Shown one piece after another: positions 55,846 through 64,000 of a stretch of DNA of 64,000 nucleotides. Below the pieces are notes generated by a model. That model worked only from the letters and a program-made list of their open reading frames with translations. It did no database searches and was not told where the DNA came from. The position numbers and the translations under genes were made by a program. The stretch's first letter is position 1; each line of letters begins with the position of its first letter. The stretch comes from a virus. Taxonomy: Duplodnaviria > Caudoviricetes. The stretch is from the IMG/VR virus record IMGVR_UViG_3300047375_000738. One strand, 5' to 3'.

Positions 55846-56325
55846 TTATTTTGCCATTTTAGCAACTGCGGCATCATAGTCTTCACGACTTACTACACCT
55901 TCGGTTAGTAGACGTTCACGGTTTGCCATATGTGCAGCCTGTGTGTCGTCTTTTGATCCGCCAAAGTAAGGAACACAATGTCCTTCTATTTCCATAATCT
56001 CTGTAACTTTTTTCATTTCGCCGTTGTATTCTACTTTGAAATCTCCTAAGATACGTCCAAACTTGCCTTTCATATCTTCGCCTTTGCGGTCTTCCGTAGT
56101 GATAAGTTTACCGCCGTGCTTCATAAGTTCTTTCAAACGTGCTTTAGCCGCTTCGCCGAACAAGTCTTCTACTTTGTCTCTTGTGCGTGACTCAGGCGTA
56201 TCAATGCCCATAATTCTTACACGCTCGTCTGTTAGTGTTACACCAAAACCTAGATCAATGTCTACGTCTACTGTGTCGCCGTCTACTACTTTAATGACTT
56301 TTACGTCATACTCATTATGTTGCAT
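55846..56325 (-). CDS. Thermonuclease (SNase-like) family protein
   Basis: VVDGDTVD, RIMGIDTPES, GKFGRILG. Confidence 0.9.
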   Translation of the reverse strand: MQHNEYDVKVIKVVDGDTVDVDIDLGFGVTLTDERVRIMGIDTPESRTRDKVEDLFGEAAKARLKELMKHGGKLITTEDRKGEDMKGKFGRILGDFKVEYNGEMKKVTEIMEIEGHCVPYFGGSKDDTQAAHMANRERLLTEGVVSREDYDAAVAKMAK

Positions 56326-56337
56326 TGTGTTTCCCTC

Positions 56338-56604
56338 TTAACTTAGTTTCTTTTTAATCCACATGTAGATTGCATACACTACTAATAAGTATGCTGTGGC
56401 TACTGTAACGTCTACAATATGTTCTCGCATGTGATAGATAAATTCTATACCTGCTTGTACATCGCCCTGACTTCCTGAGTTTTCAGTAATGTTTATTGTC
56501 TTACCTTCAAATCCATCAAATGCCCCATCTTCAATAATAATATCACATTCGATACAGTCTTCTTCGCTAGTAGGAAATTCTACTGTTTGATTTATGTCTG
56601 CCAT
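56338..56604 (-). CDS. Hypothetical membrane-anchored protein
   Basis: ORF track. Confidence 0.55.
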   Translation of the reverse strand: MADINQTVEFPTSEEDCIECDIIIEDGAFDGFEGKTINITENSGSQGDVQAGIEFIYHMREHIVDVTVATAYLLVVYAIYMWIKKKLS

Positions 56605-56641
56605 TGCCCTGCCCTGTTATGTACTATGTTTATTTAGTCAT

Positions 56642-56671
56642 AAAAAAAGGCCGCATAAAGCGACCTTTTAG
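56642..56671 (-). terminator. Intrinsic terminator after the porin gene
   Basis: AAAAGGTCGC-TTTAT-GCGGCCTTTTTTT. Confidence 0.8.
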
Positions 56672-56687
56672 TTGTTATGTGTTTAAC

Positions 56688-57494
56688 TTAGAAGTTGAAC
56701 GATAAACCTGCTGATGGTGTAAAGTCTTCTGCATCTGTGTCATAGTCAACACCAGCAGTAAATTCTGCACCTGCATAGTCCATTGTGTACTCACCACCAA
56801 TGTGCTGTAGTGTGTTTGCATCTGTACCGTTTACGTATGCTGTTAGTGAGTTTACTGCAAATGTGCCTTCATATGCAAATACTTCTGCATCTGTGTCATA
56901 TGTTAATGCACTACCTGCTGTTGCTACACCTAAGTCTACGCCAGATACTGCACCACCGAACACTGTGTTTTCACTGTCCATGTTGTAGTCCATTGCACCT
57001 GTAATAGCAAAACGATCCATATCAATTGTGTATGAACCTTGAATGTTGCTTACATCAGTTACATCTGTTGTCCAGTCTGTTAAGCCTAGTGCTACACTTG
57101 CACCAGCTACTGATACTGCTAATGATTCTGTCATTGCTGGTGTTGCCAATGTTCCGTCAGCTGCTGCATTTGCATCTGTTTCTGGCATTAAGTTGTTGTC
57201 GTCACCAAACGCTAAGCCTACGCCTGCTACTGTAGTTCCTACAGTCCATGTGTCTAGTGTTAGAGCACTACCGTCTGTTGCACTAAAGTCTAGATCTACT
57301 GTTGCCAATGAACCTGCATCGATGTCTAGTTCGATACCCATTGTGCCACCGTAGTTGTCACCAGCTGTTTCAGCAAAGTCTAAGTTTACTGCACCTGAGA
57401 TAACTGGGCCTGTTGGAGCCGCTGTTGTTGTGTCTTCCGCTGAAGCCGCACTTGCAAATGCCGCTACTGCTAAAATGGTAAATACGTTACGCAT
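56688..57494 (-). CDS. Alphaproteobacterial (Rhodobacter-type) porin
   Basis: Signal peptide; beta-strand pattern; C-terminal FTPSAGLSFNF. Confidence 0.75.
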   Translation of the reverse strand: MRNVFTILAVAAFASAASAEDTTTAAPTGPVISGAVNLDFAETAGDNYGGTMGIELDIDAGSLATVDLDFSATDGSALTLDTWTVGTTVAGVGLAFGDDNNLMPETDANAAADGTLATPAMTESLAVSVAGASVALGLTDWTTDVTDVSNIQGSYTIDMDRFAITGAMDYNMDSENTVFGGAVSGVDLGVATAGSALTYDTDAEVFAYEGTFAVNSLTAYVNGTDANTLQHIGGEYTMDYAGAEFTAGVDYDTDAEDFTPSAGLSFNF

Positions 57495-57532
57495 AATAAT
57501 TTCCTTCTTGTTTTGTTATGTGTTCATAAAGT

Positions 57533-57575
57533 AAAGGGCAAGTTCGACGCTTGCCCTTTCACTGTTTTATTTATA
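57533..57575 (-). promoter_or_regulatory. Late promoter TATAAATA (57568-57575) and strong 5' leader hairpin for the porin
   Basis: AAAGGGCAAG-CGTCGAA-CTTGCCCTTT. Confidence 0.7.
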
Positions 57576-57642
57576 ACATACTTTAGTAAAAGTGCAACCG
57601 TTTAGGTGAATCTTTACTGAAAGTGTGTTCTCTTTGCAACAG

Positions 57643-57864
57643 TTATCCGCCGCCTTGAAATGTACCGTCATTGGCTCTATACCAATTCTTTTGGTTGTGT
57701 ATTCTACCCAACAGTTCTTGTATCTCTGTCATTTCATCATGCAGTTGTGTTGATACATCACCTTGTGCAATAGCCATACCTCTACGACCTGCTTTTGCTC
57801 TTAGTGCTGATTCAATAACTTCAATGTCACGAATCGATAATTCAAACTGTTTGTTAGGTTTCAT
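57643..57864 (-). CDS. Hypothetical protein
   Basis: ORF track. Confidence 0.65.
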   Translation of the reverse strand: MKPNKQFELSIRDIEVIESALRAKAGRRGMAIAQGDVSTQLHDEMTEIQELLGRIHNQKNWYRANDGTFQGGG

Positions 57865-57865
57865 A

Positions 57866-58117
57866 TCACCAAACTCCTAATGTTCTTCCGTTGCCTGCTA
57901 TAATAGCACAACATGTTAGTATATGCAAGACAATCCAAAACGTTCTAAACGCTAGTGCTCGTCTTACATCTTTTTGTCGAATGGGCAAGAACTCTGGTTT
58001 GTCATCGTCACTAAGTCCGATTGGCATTCCAACTGTCCTTGCCCACATTTTTAAAAAGCGTCTTTGTCCGCTCAAGTTCTGTTTCCTCGCAGAGCAAAGT
58101 ACATGCCACCTACCCAA
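57866..58117 (-). CDS. Small membrane protein (likely start MWARTVG)
   Basis: ORF track; C-terminal TM. Confidence 0.5.
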   Translation of the reverse strand: MGRWHVLCSARKQNLSGQRRFLKMWARTVGMPIGLSDDDKPEFLPIRQKDVRRALAFRTFWIVLHILTCCAIIAGNGRTLGVW

Positions 58118-58479
58118 AGTAGTACATGCAGATTGTCATACCATAAGACGTCCCAGAAACTTTCGGGTTCGCCTGTCCATATAACACCTGTCATAATACT
58201 GGCAATAGTAATACCACTGAAACGTGTAATAACATCGCCAAACTCTTTTGTGCGTTTGATATAGTCTGCCATGCCGCCGACCAACAATCCTGCGGCAGCA
58301 CCAAGCTCTCCAAGTACAACAAACGTCCAAACTAATAGTGTAAGTTCTACTGGTGAGTCTTCAATGTTGATTGGCCACTTGTTCATTCCTTGCTGAAAGA
58401 ATACAACAATAAGCGGAATACGAAGCAGCCAATGAGTCATACAAAACTCTGGTATTCTGTGTACTAAAGTTTTAATCAT
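58072..58479 (-). CDS. DoxX family membrane protein
   Basis: LLRIPLIVVFFQQGMNKW...ELGAAAGLLVG...RFSG. Confidence 0.75.
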   Translation of the reverse strand: MIKTLVHRIPEFCMTHWLLRIPLIVVFFQQGMNKWPINIEDSPVELTLLVWTFVVLGELGAAAGLLVGGMADYIKRTKEFGDVITRFSGITIASIMTGVIWTGEPESFWDVLWYDNLHVLLWVGGMYFALRGNRT

Positions 58480-58898
58480 TACAGATCAGCCAGCAACTCC
58501 TTGAATTTCTTTTTTGACTTGCCTTTTACTTTTGTTTTGGAAATATCATTATCTCCGTCACCTACAACTACAATAGCAATCATACCCATTGTTTTGTGTG
58601 GAGTACACTGATACAAATACACACCTGGTGTGTCAAATGTAATCGCAACTTCTTTTGATAGTTTTGATTTACGTGGTGCGTCCCATCCGTCCGGACCTGC
58701 AATAAATTCTACATTGTGTCCTTTTGATGTTGGTACCCATGTGATTGTATCGCCTACTTCAATACGTGCGATATCTTCACTATATACCATCTTAGCGCCA
58801 TCTTCACGCTTGTTTAGCATATCGATCGTCATATCCTCTGCGAGTGCCGGAGTGGCAAGGGCGAGGATAATACTTACTGAACTTAATAATTTTCTCAT
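58479..58898 (-). CDS. paz: Pseudoazurin (type 1 blue copper protein)
   Basis: Signal peptide; GHNV; YLYQCTPHKTMGM (His, Cys, His, Met ligands). Confidence 0.92.
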   Translation of the reverse strand: MRKLLSSVSIILALATPALAEDMTIDMLNKREDGAKMVYSEDIARIEVGDTITWVPTSKGHNVEFIAGPDGWDAPRKSKLSKEVAITFDTPGVYLYQCTPHKTMGMIAIVVVGDGDNDISKTKVKGKSKKKFKELLADL

Positions 58899-59107
58899 TT
58901 CTTATCCTTTACATTGAGATTGGACGGATTGTATTGTTCGCCATTATAGCCAGGGTAGGTGTCGTCCTCTACCCCAAAGTTACATGATGCCACAATAAAC
59001 AAAAATGCTATTGATGCATATGTAGTTCGCTTGCTCCATGTTATGAAGCCTTCGAATGTCTTTTCTGCTTCTATTTGAGCGGCTGCTCTTACTTCATTGT
59101 CTGTCAT
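58895..59107 (-). CDS. aa3-type cytochrome c oxidase subunit IV-like protein
   Basis: AEKTFEGFITWSK followed by one TM; start MTDNEV at 59107. Confidence 0.7.
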   Translation of the reverse strand: MTDNEVRAAAQIEAEKTFEGFITWSKRTTYASIAFLFIVASCNFGVEDDTYPGYNGEQYNPSNLNVKDKK

Positions 59108-59262
59108 TCTAAACCTATACACGGAATAAGAATAGATTGCTTACAATTTTCTGGGTAAGCAATAGCTGAGCCAAGTATAGGTAGACCAACCATACCAATA
59201 ATGATAATCAAGAATGCCCAACCTAGGCCTTTTGTAGTGCAATATTGTGTTTGCTCACTCAT
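59104..59262 (-). CDS. Small membrane protein (52 aa)
   Basis: Hand-translated MSEQTQYCTTKGLGWAFLIIIIGMVGLPILGSAIAYPENCKQSILIPCIGLE. Confidence 0.6.
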   Translation of the reverse strand: MSEQTQYCTTKGLGWAFLIIIIGMVGLPILGSAIAYPENCKQSILIPCIGLE

Positions 59263-59614
59263 GCTCGCCACCATTTGCTCGGCCGTTGTACTTACGTCCT
59301 GATTTCAAAATGTTGTTAAGTGACTCTGGATTATTTTCTGCTTGACGGAATGTTACAACTGTAATTGTAATACCACTAATCAAAAGCAAGTGAAAGGCTG
59401 CGCTTAGGCCAAAAGCCACGTAACTTCCTACCATTAGGGCAAAGATGCCACTCCAGATAAAAAACAGACACTGGAAGATCATGTGTCCTACCATAGGGTC
59501 TAAATTACGTAGTGGTGACTTTTCTACTGTCATTACACTGTCCCACATTTCACGTGGAATGTTTGCAATTTCAGTTAGTGTGGTTGCCCAACCAATGGGT
59601 TTTGGATTCTTCAT
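59255..59614 (-). CDS. Hypothetical membrane protein
   Basis: Two TMs; promoter TTGACT-N17-TATATA at 59648-59676. Confidence 0.65.
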   Translation of the reverse strand: MKNPKPIGWATTLTEIANIPREMWDSVMTVEKSPLRNLDPMVGHMIFQCLFFIWSGIFALMVGSYVAFGLSAAFHLLLISGITITVVTFRQAENNPESLNNILKSGRKYNGRANGGEHE

Positions 59615-59690
59615 AGTTTTCTCCTGTGTGTCTTTTGGTGTGTACTATATATAGCATAAAAAAATACAGAAGTCAACCGTGCAAGGTGTG

Positions 59691-60305
59691 TTAAATTGTA
59701 GCAGGCATAGTAAATAATGCATGTACACCATCATCGGTTGGCCTACGTGCAAATACGCACCACTTGATTACATCTTGATTAGGATAATGTTCGTCACAAT
59801 ACTCTCGAAAACTTGTTCCTGTTGTGTACACATCATCTGCAATTAATACAGGATCTGTTGGATCTCCGCTTGCATATTTGTTTAGTGCTTCGCCTAGTGC
59901 CATACCGCCTCTTGGGATACCTTCGGCTTTGTAGAAAGGACGTTTTTGGTAATCCATTATCATACGTGCAAGTCCTTCCCACCACTCTGGGCGTATAGCA
60001 TCGCACTCAATCTTCCATGCTAGTTTTAGTCCTGCATGACTTGTAAAGTCGCCAACTTCAAATAAATCTGCGCCTGTTCTAAATACCATTAGTTCTCTTT
60101 CCAATTCTTCAATATAATCTGCTGCTTGCCAAGCAAAATGTTCTGTGCATCTTGTCTTCCATTCTTCGCCTGCTTGATTTTTTAATCTTACAACCCATTC
60201 ACTTTTTTGTTGTCTTGGTATAATATCTGTATATACCTTATCAACTACATCGTGTTCGTTTTCTTCTAATTCGAATCCGTGTGTATTATGCGTCATTATT
60301 AGCAC
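59691..60305 (-). CDS. Type I phosphoribosyltransferase-like (OPRT-like) protein with N-terminal extension
   Basis: FTSHAGLKLAWKIECD, GIPRGG, LIADDVYTTGTS (PRPP loop). Confidence 0.8.
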   Translation of the reverse strand: MLIMTHNTHGFELEENEHDVVDKVYTDIIPRQQKSEWVVRLKNQAGEEWKTRCTEHFAWQAADYIEELERELMVFRTGADLFEVGDFTSHAGLKLAWKIECDAIRPEWWEGLARMIMDYQKRPFYKAEGIPRGGMALGEALNKYASGDPTDPVLIADDVYTTGTSFREYCDEHYPNQDVIKWCVFARRPTDDGVHALFTMPATI

Positions 60306-61101
60306 CTGTTATCATTTTAATATTCTGTGACAACTTTGCGTTGAACTCTGCATCTGTTTGCGAATGTGCTAGTCCTTCACTTAATGCTCTGCTAAAACTT
60401 GCTGTGATGTCATTATTCATTGATAGCCTACGGCATGCTTCTTGTGTAGCATATCCGCCACTAAGGAATACAACCTTTTCTACGTTGTGTTTAACTGTCA
60501 AGTTATGATACAAGTTAGGTGTTTCAGGAGGTGTTAGTTTAAGAATAACGGAAAAGTCTTTGCCTTGTAAATATATTTCTAACAATCGATACAGCTCATC
60601 TTCAATTGCGGCTTTGTCAGGATGATCAATCGGCACTTCGGGTTCGACAATTGGTACAAGACCGTACTCACTAATTGTGTGTGCTAGTTCAAACTGCTGT
60701 TTAAGAACTGCACCTATCATGCTTTCACTTTTAATAATGCTACGCATCTTAGTGCCGTAGATTCGAGGACCAATGCCGTTTGTAGCCCATTCGCACATAG
60801 CACGTACATCAAATTCTTTGAGCATACCGTTGTCTTCGCATCCGCTATCAACTTTTAGAAACGTGTCAATACCTTTTTCATCAAGCACATTAACCATGCC
60901 GCGGGTGACTGTGTCTTGGTAGAGGATTGCTCCCCAGATGTTTGAGTCGTTGAAGTCAGGACTGTTGACCATTCTAAGACGCATAGCATGAACTTTCTCC
61001 ATCTTGTTTTCTTCTGTGTATTCTTGTCCGTAGCGTTCTAGTACGCCACCTGTTGAACCACCACTGTGATCCATTGCTGCAATAAATCTATGATCACTCA
61101 T
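60286..61101 (-). CDS. fda: Class I fructose-1,6-bisphosphate aldolase
   Basis: FIAAMDHSGGST, FLKVDSG, GTKMRS, LVPIVEPEV, FLSGGY, ASFSRAL; start reassigned to MSDHRF. Confidence 0.92.
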   Translation of the reverse strand: MSDHRFIAAMDHSGGSTGGVLERYGQEYTEENKMEKVHAMRLRMVNSPDFNDSNIWGAILYQDTVTRGMVNVLDEKGIDTFLKVDSGCEDNGMLKEFDVRAMCEWATNGIGPRIYGTKMRSIIKSESMIGAVLKQQFELAHTISEYGLVPIVEPEVPIDHPDKAAIEDELYRLLEIYLQGKDFSVILKLTPPETPNLYHNLTVKHNVEKVVFLSGGYATQEACRRLSMNNDITASFSRALSEGLAHSQTDAEFNAKLSQNIKMITGANNDA

Positions 61102-61432
61102 ATGTTTCGCCTGTTTCACGGAAGAAGTTTTCACTCCAAAATGCTTTGTCGTCAATCCATACATCGTAGTTTTCTTTTTTGCCTACGCTGAGTTCATGAT
61201 ACTTTGCACCCCAACCCTCTAATTGGTTCTTGGTTAGGTCGTAATAGTCAACGCCACTAACACACCCGCGAGCAGTCATATACTTAATTGTATGTCCTGC
61301 ATCGTACAATGCATTTACTCGTGCAATGCGTTCTGGCATTGGAATATGATTTGCATAATCCTTCTTGCCGCCGCTGTCTGGAATAATTACTTCCTTGCAG
61401 ATCGTACCGTCGATATCAATTACATATTTCAT
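61094..61432 (-). CDS. HAD-superfamily phosphatase (capsule-biosynthesis type)
   Basis: DIDGTIC, TARG, K, IDDK. Confidence 0.85.
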   Translation of the reverse strand: MKYVIDIDGTICKEVIIPDSGGKKDYANHIPMPERIARVNALYDAGHTIKYMTARGCVSGVDYYDLTKNQLEGWGAKYHELSVGKKENYDVWIDDKAFWSENFFRETGETYE

Positions 61433-61449
61433 TAAACGTCCTTTATATT

Positions 61450-61755
61450 AGAGTGGCACTTCTGTTGCTAGGCAGTACCCGCCCCCACATACCCTTAGGC
61501 TGCTAATGCCATTTCTGGCGCATAATTGTTATTTGCAATTATAAAGTTTGACCAATAACGCAGTCATCCGGTTAACTCCACTTCACTTTCACACCTGTCG
61601 ATCCTAGTTCTGCCCCATCATAAACATACGACTTGCGGCTTTCGGCCCTTGTCCTATGCACAGGAAAGTAGGTGCATCTACTCTCATATGTTTATGGTGG
61701 AGCAGCGCGGTACTGCCCCGCGGTCCAGTATGTGTCTACGTTGCTTCAACGTCAA
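61450..61755 (-). ncRNA. ssrA: Circularly permuted two-piece tmRNA; tag (A)ANNNYAPEMALAA
   Basis: Acceptor piece ends GCTGCTCCACCA (61695) with T-loop GGCAGTA; IVS 61617-61694; coding piece starts GGGGCAGAACTAGGATCGAC (61616); G3-U70 pair; tag ORF 61495-61536. Confidence 0.93.
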
Positions 61756-61760
61756 CATAT

Positions 61761-61791
61761 TATTTATAACATAGTTTTGTAAGCATGTCAA
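61761..61791 (-). promoter_or_regulatory. Overlapping early (TTGACA-N17-TATAAA) and late (TATAAATA) promoter for tmRNA
   Basis: -35 at 61786-61791; TATAAATA at 61761-61768. Confidence 0.75.
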
Positions 61792-61813
61792 CCACGAAGA
61801 TATAAATATTAGC

Positions 61814-62677
61814 ATGAAACCATTTAGTATAGGCGATGCTGCTTTTAATATCAGTATGACATGCAATCTTACATGTGAAGGCTGCGAAAGTTTTAACAAC
61901 TACAATTTTAAAGGGCAAGTAAAATTTGCAGACTATGCCGATTACTATAAAGAATGGAGTAAAAAACTTAATATCGAAACTGTAACTATTCACGGAGGCG
62001 AACCATTTACAAATCCAGACATATTAAATTGGGTTACGAATTTAAAAAGGTTATGGCCAACTGCTGATGAGTATTATGTAGCAACCAACGGCACTATATT
62101 ACGTAACAAGATTACAGTTGCAAGACAAATTATAGATCAAGGATACTTTATAAATGTAACTGTTCACGATCCTGCAATGTATGAAGACATACGTAATCAA
62201 CTAGAAGAAGTATTAGAACCATACGACTATCTAATACGTAAAATGGATCTTGGTTACGAGTATTATGATAAGCATACTGAACAGATATACGGATTGATAG
62301 AATATAATTATCACTTTAAAAAAAGTGCTATCGATTATATAAAAGACAAAACATGGTACATGCATCGTAGCGATCCTGTTCAAGCCTATAAAACTTGCTT
62401 AGAAGATCTTAGTCCTTGTAACTTCTTTCATAAAGGAATGTTATACCAATGTCAATTAACAGCATTGCGTGATGATTTATTTTTGCAGTTTAGTATAGAA
62501 CCTGATGCAGTTGACTTACTAAAAAAGTACAATCACGGGGATCCATTTTATCCTATGAATAAACTACGCAAGTTTTTTAGAACTCATAACTTACCAATTC
62601 CACAGTGTACTCTATGTCCTGGTTGCCCTGACACACATCCTATATTTCCAATGGCTAAAAAGAAAATTAAGTTTTAA
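61814..62677 (+). CDS. Radical SAM protein
   Basis: CNLTCEGC, IHGGEPF, ATNG; C-terminal Cys cluster; TATAAATA at 61801-61808. Confidence 0.88.
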   Translation: MKPFSIGDAAFNISMTCNLTCEGCESFNNYNFKGQVKFADYADYYKEWSKKLNIETVTIHGGEPFTNPDILNWVTNLKRLWPTADEYYVATNGTILRNKITVARQIIDQGYFINVTVHDPAMYEDIRNQLEEVLEPYDYLIRKMDLGYEYYDKHTEQIYGLIEYNYHFKKSAIDYIKDKTWYMHRSDPVQAYKTCLEDLSPCNFFHKGMLYQCQLTALRDDLFLQFSIEPDAVDLLKKYNHGDPFYPMNKLRKFFRTHNLPIPQCTLCPGCPDTHPIFPMAKKKIKF

Positions 62678-62896
62678 TTACCACTTAGTGGCACGTACTT
62701 TAGAAATGTGTCTTTGTGATTTTATTGCATTCATACAACTTAGTATGCGTCTTGATTTTTGATGGGGTCTATGATAACCATTTTTACTCTGCCAATGTTT
62801 ATCTTGTTCCATTTCTTTAGCTAATTCTTTAGCCAATAATTGTTCAATATACAACAAATCTTCGTCGCCTAGATTGTTAAGCTCTTTTGACACCAT
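62678..62896 (-). CDS. Hypothetical protein (start MVSKEL)
   Basis: Internal ATG of ORF 62678..63022. Confidence 0.55.
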   Translation of the reverse strand: MVSKELNNLGDEDLLYIEQLLAKELAKEMEQDKHWQSKNGYHRPHQKSRRILSCMNAIKSQRHISKVRATKW

Positions 62897-63083
62897 TGTG
62901 GAATCTCCTATTATATGCTTGTTCAAAACCTTCTTCATAATCACATAACGGAGCCCCATTGCAACCGTCGACCCATAGTCTTTTAAAGTAGCTATCTGCT
63001 GATTGAAATGCTGTAGCATCACTCTCTGGAATATGGCCTTTTACCATCCAAAACAACCGATATGCTTCTTTATGTTCTTCCAT
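62877..63083 (-). CDS. Hypothetical protein
   Basis: ORF track; TATAAATA at 63089-63096. Confidence 0.6.
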   Translation of the reverse strand: MEEHKEAYRLFWMVKGHIPESDATAFQSADSYFKRLWVDGCNGAPLCDYEEGFEQAYNRRFHNGVKRA

Positions 63084-63127
63084 AAAGATATTTATACTAA
63101 GCCACGCTTGTTGGCGCTAACAAAGAT

Positions 63128-63391
63128 TTACGATCCTTCAGGAAAGAACCAATAGAGCAAACCTCCACCTGAATCAATTTCTTTTTCAAGCTCTTCAGTT
63201 CGCATATAGTTAATAGTTTGCCCATGTACTTGTATTGCCCACATATCGCCTGGGTCGTAAAAAGCAACGCCTTGCATTGCATTTCTTTTAAACGTAATAG
63301 CACGATAGGTTAACTCGTCATCTGCCTCCTGGTGTGGCGGGATGCCATAGTTACTCATAATGTATTTTTTTAAATCAGCTAGTGTGTTCAT
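63128..63391 (-). CDS. Hypothetical protein
   Basis: ORF track; SD GAGGA. Confidence 0.55.
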   Translation of the reverse strand: MNTLADLKKYIMSNYGIPPHQEADDELTYRAITFKRNAMQGVAFYDPGDMWAIQVHGQTINYMRTEELEKEIDSGGGLLYWFFPEGS

Positions 63392-63417
63392 TTTATCAAT
63401 TCCTCTACTGTTATTTA

Positions 63418-63600
63418 TTACATATCACGTTTCTTGTCTTGAATTTCTTTACGACGATCTGATATTAAATCTTTCATTTCAGTCAAGGCTTGCCTAGCAC
63501 GAACAGCAGAGGCTTTTACTCCGCTTTCAAACTTTTCACTTTCTTTGATATAGATATCAACAGCCAGCATAAGCTCTTCGTGTAGACTTTTCTTTTCCAT
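63418..63600 (-). CDS. Histone H1-like Hc1-family small protein
   Basis: ESEKFESGVKASAVRARQAL.EMKDL...RRKEIQDKK. Confidence 0.65.
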   Translation of the reverse strand: MEKKSLHEELMLAVDIYIKESEKFESGVKASAVRARQALTEMKDLISDRRKEIQDKKRDM

Positions 63601-64000
63601 TACTTGCCTGTATATGCATTGCTAAGATTAACCTTTAGGTCCAACAAGCTGTCTTGGTTTGCTTGATACCTAATACCAATACCGCCTTTGTTGCGCCAAC
63701 GATCAATGTTGCTAGGTTTGTCATCAACTAAAATATTTGGTTCTCCTGTAATTTTATCAACTGCATATGCTTCTTTAGCCCCAGTAAAAATAAGATTATG
63801 TATTTGCGGCATGAATCCGTATCTAGTTAGCCATACACGTTTATGATACGAACTGTTGTCTTTGTCTCCACGTAACGGACTTGAACAAATGCCATACTCG
63901 TCACCTGCAAGTTCTCTACAGTGATCAACTAGTTCTTGACTTGTTGGAAACAGCTCAAGTGTATCAAAAAAGTTTGTGTGTTTAAGTGCCATGATTGAGC
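63600..64000 (-). CDS. 5'(3')-deoxyribonucleotidase (NT5C/HAD) family, 5'-truncated by window edge
   Basis: ICSSPL, KRVWL, ILVDDKPSNIDRW...GGIGI; frame open to the window end. Confidence 0.8.
   Translation of the reverse strand, partial: SIMALKHTNFFDTLELFPTSQELVDHCRELAGDEYGICSSPLRGDKDNSSYHKRVWLTRYGFMPQIHNLIFTGAKEAYAVDKITGEPNILVDDKPSNIDRWRNKGGIGIRYQANQDSLLDLKVNLSNAYTGK

Noticed and set aside
61684-61993. ORFs 61684..61899 and 61760..61993
   Set aside because: They overlap the tmRNA, its promoter and the antisense radical SAM gene.
1-64000. CRISPR array, DGR, or stop-codon reassignment
   Set aside because: No repeat-spacer series, no reverse transcriptase or TR/VR pair, and no suppressor tRNA. 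Recognisable genes are full-length in code 11.

Overview
This window is part of a large, AT-rich T4-like (probably jumbo) myovirus genome, almost entirely on the minus strand. The host is probably a marine alphaproteobacterium, most likely Rhodobacterales. That inference rests on a permuted two-piece tmRNA with tag ANNNYAPEMALAA, a Rhodobacter-type porin, pseudoazurin, aa3 oxidase subunit IV and TTGACA-N17-TATAnT promoters preceded by TGC/TGT. Layout: (1) 1-13.8 kb, baseplate and tail-fibre genes; (2) 13.8-25 kb, accessory enzymes (IscA/HesB, sulfotransferase-like, UvsE, glycosyltransferase, QueD, ClpP, radical SAM); (3) 25.2-27 kb, eight tRNAs, an HNH insertion and a candidate ncRNA; (4) 27-36 kb, small early genes including IF-1; (5) 36.5-45.6 kb, a csgF-csgG-curlin-FecR-beta-barrel-CHASE2 adenylate cyclase operon; (6) 47-62 kb, host-derived genes (PcyX-type bilin reductase, heme oxygenase, ClpS, Hsp20 with a ROSE-like thermometer, GuaC, S21, porin, pseudoazurin, class I aldolase, tmRNA). 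The best find is a complete leader-peptide transcription attenuator at 25450-25612, too short for the ORF track. Its control codons (AUA x4, UGG, CCA-CCG) match exactly the three tRNA genes behind its terminator (Trp-CCA, Ile2-CAU, Pro-UGG). This suggests the phage transcribes these tRNAs when their decoding fails. All family assignments come from motif recognition by eye; no searches or folding programs were run.
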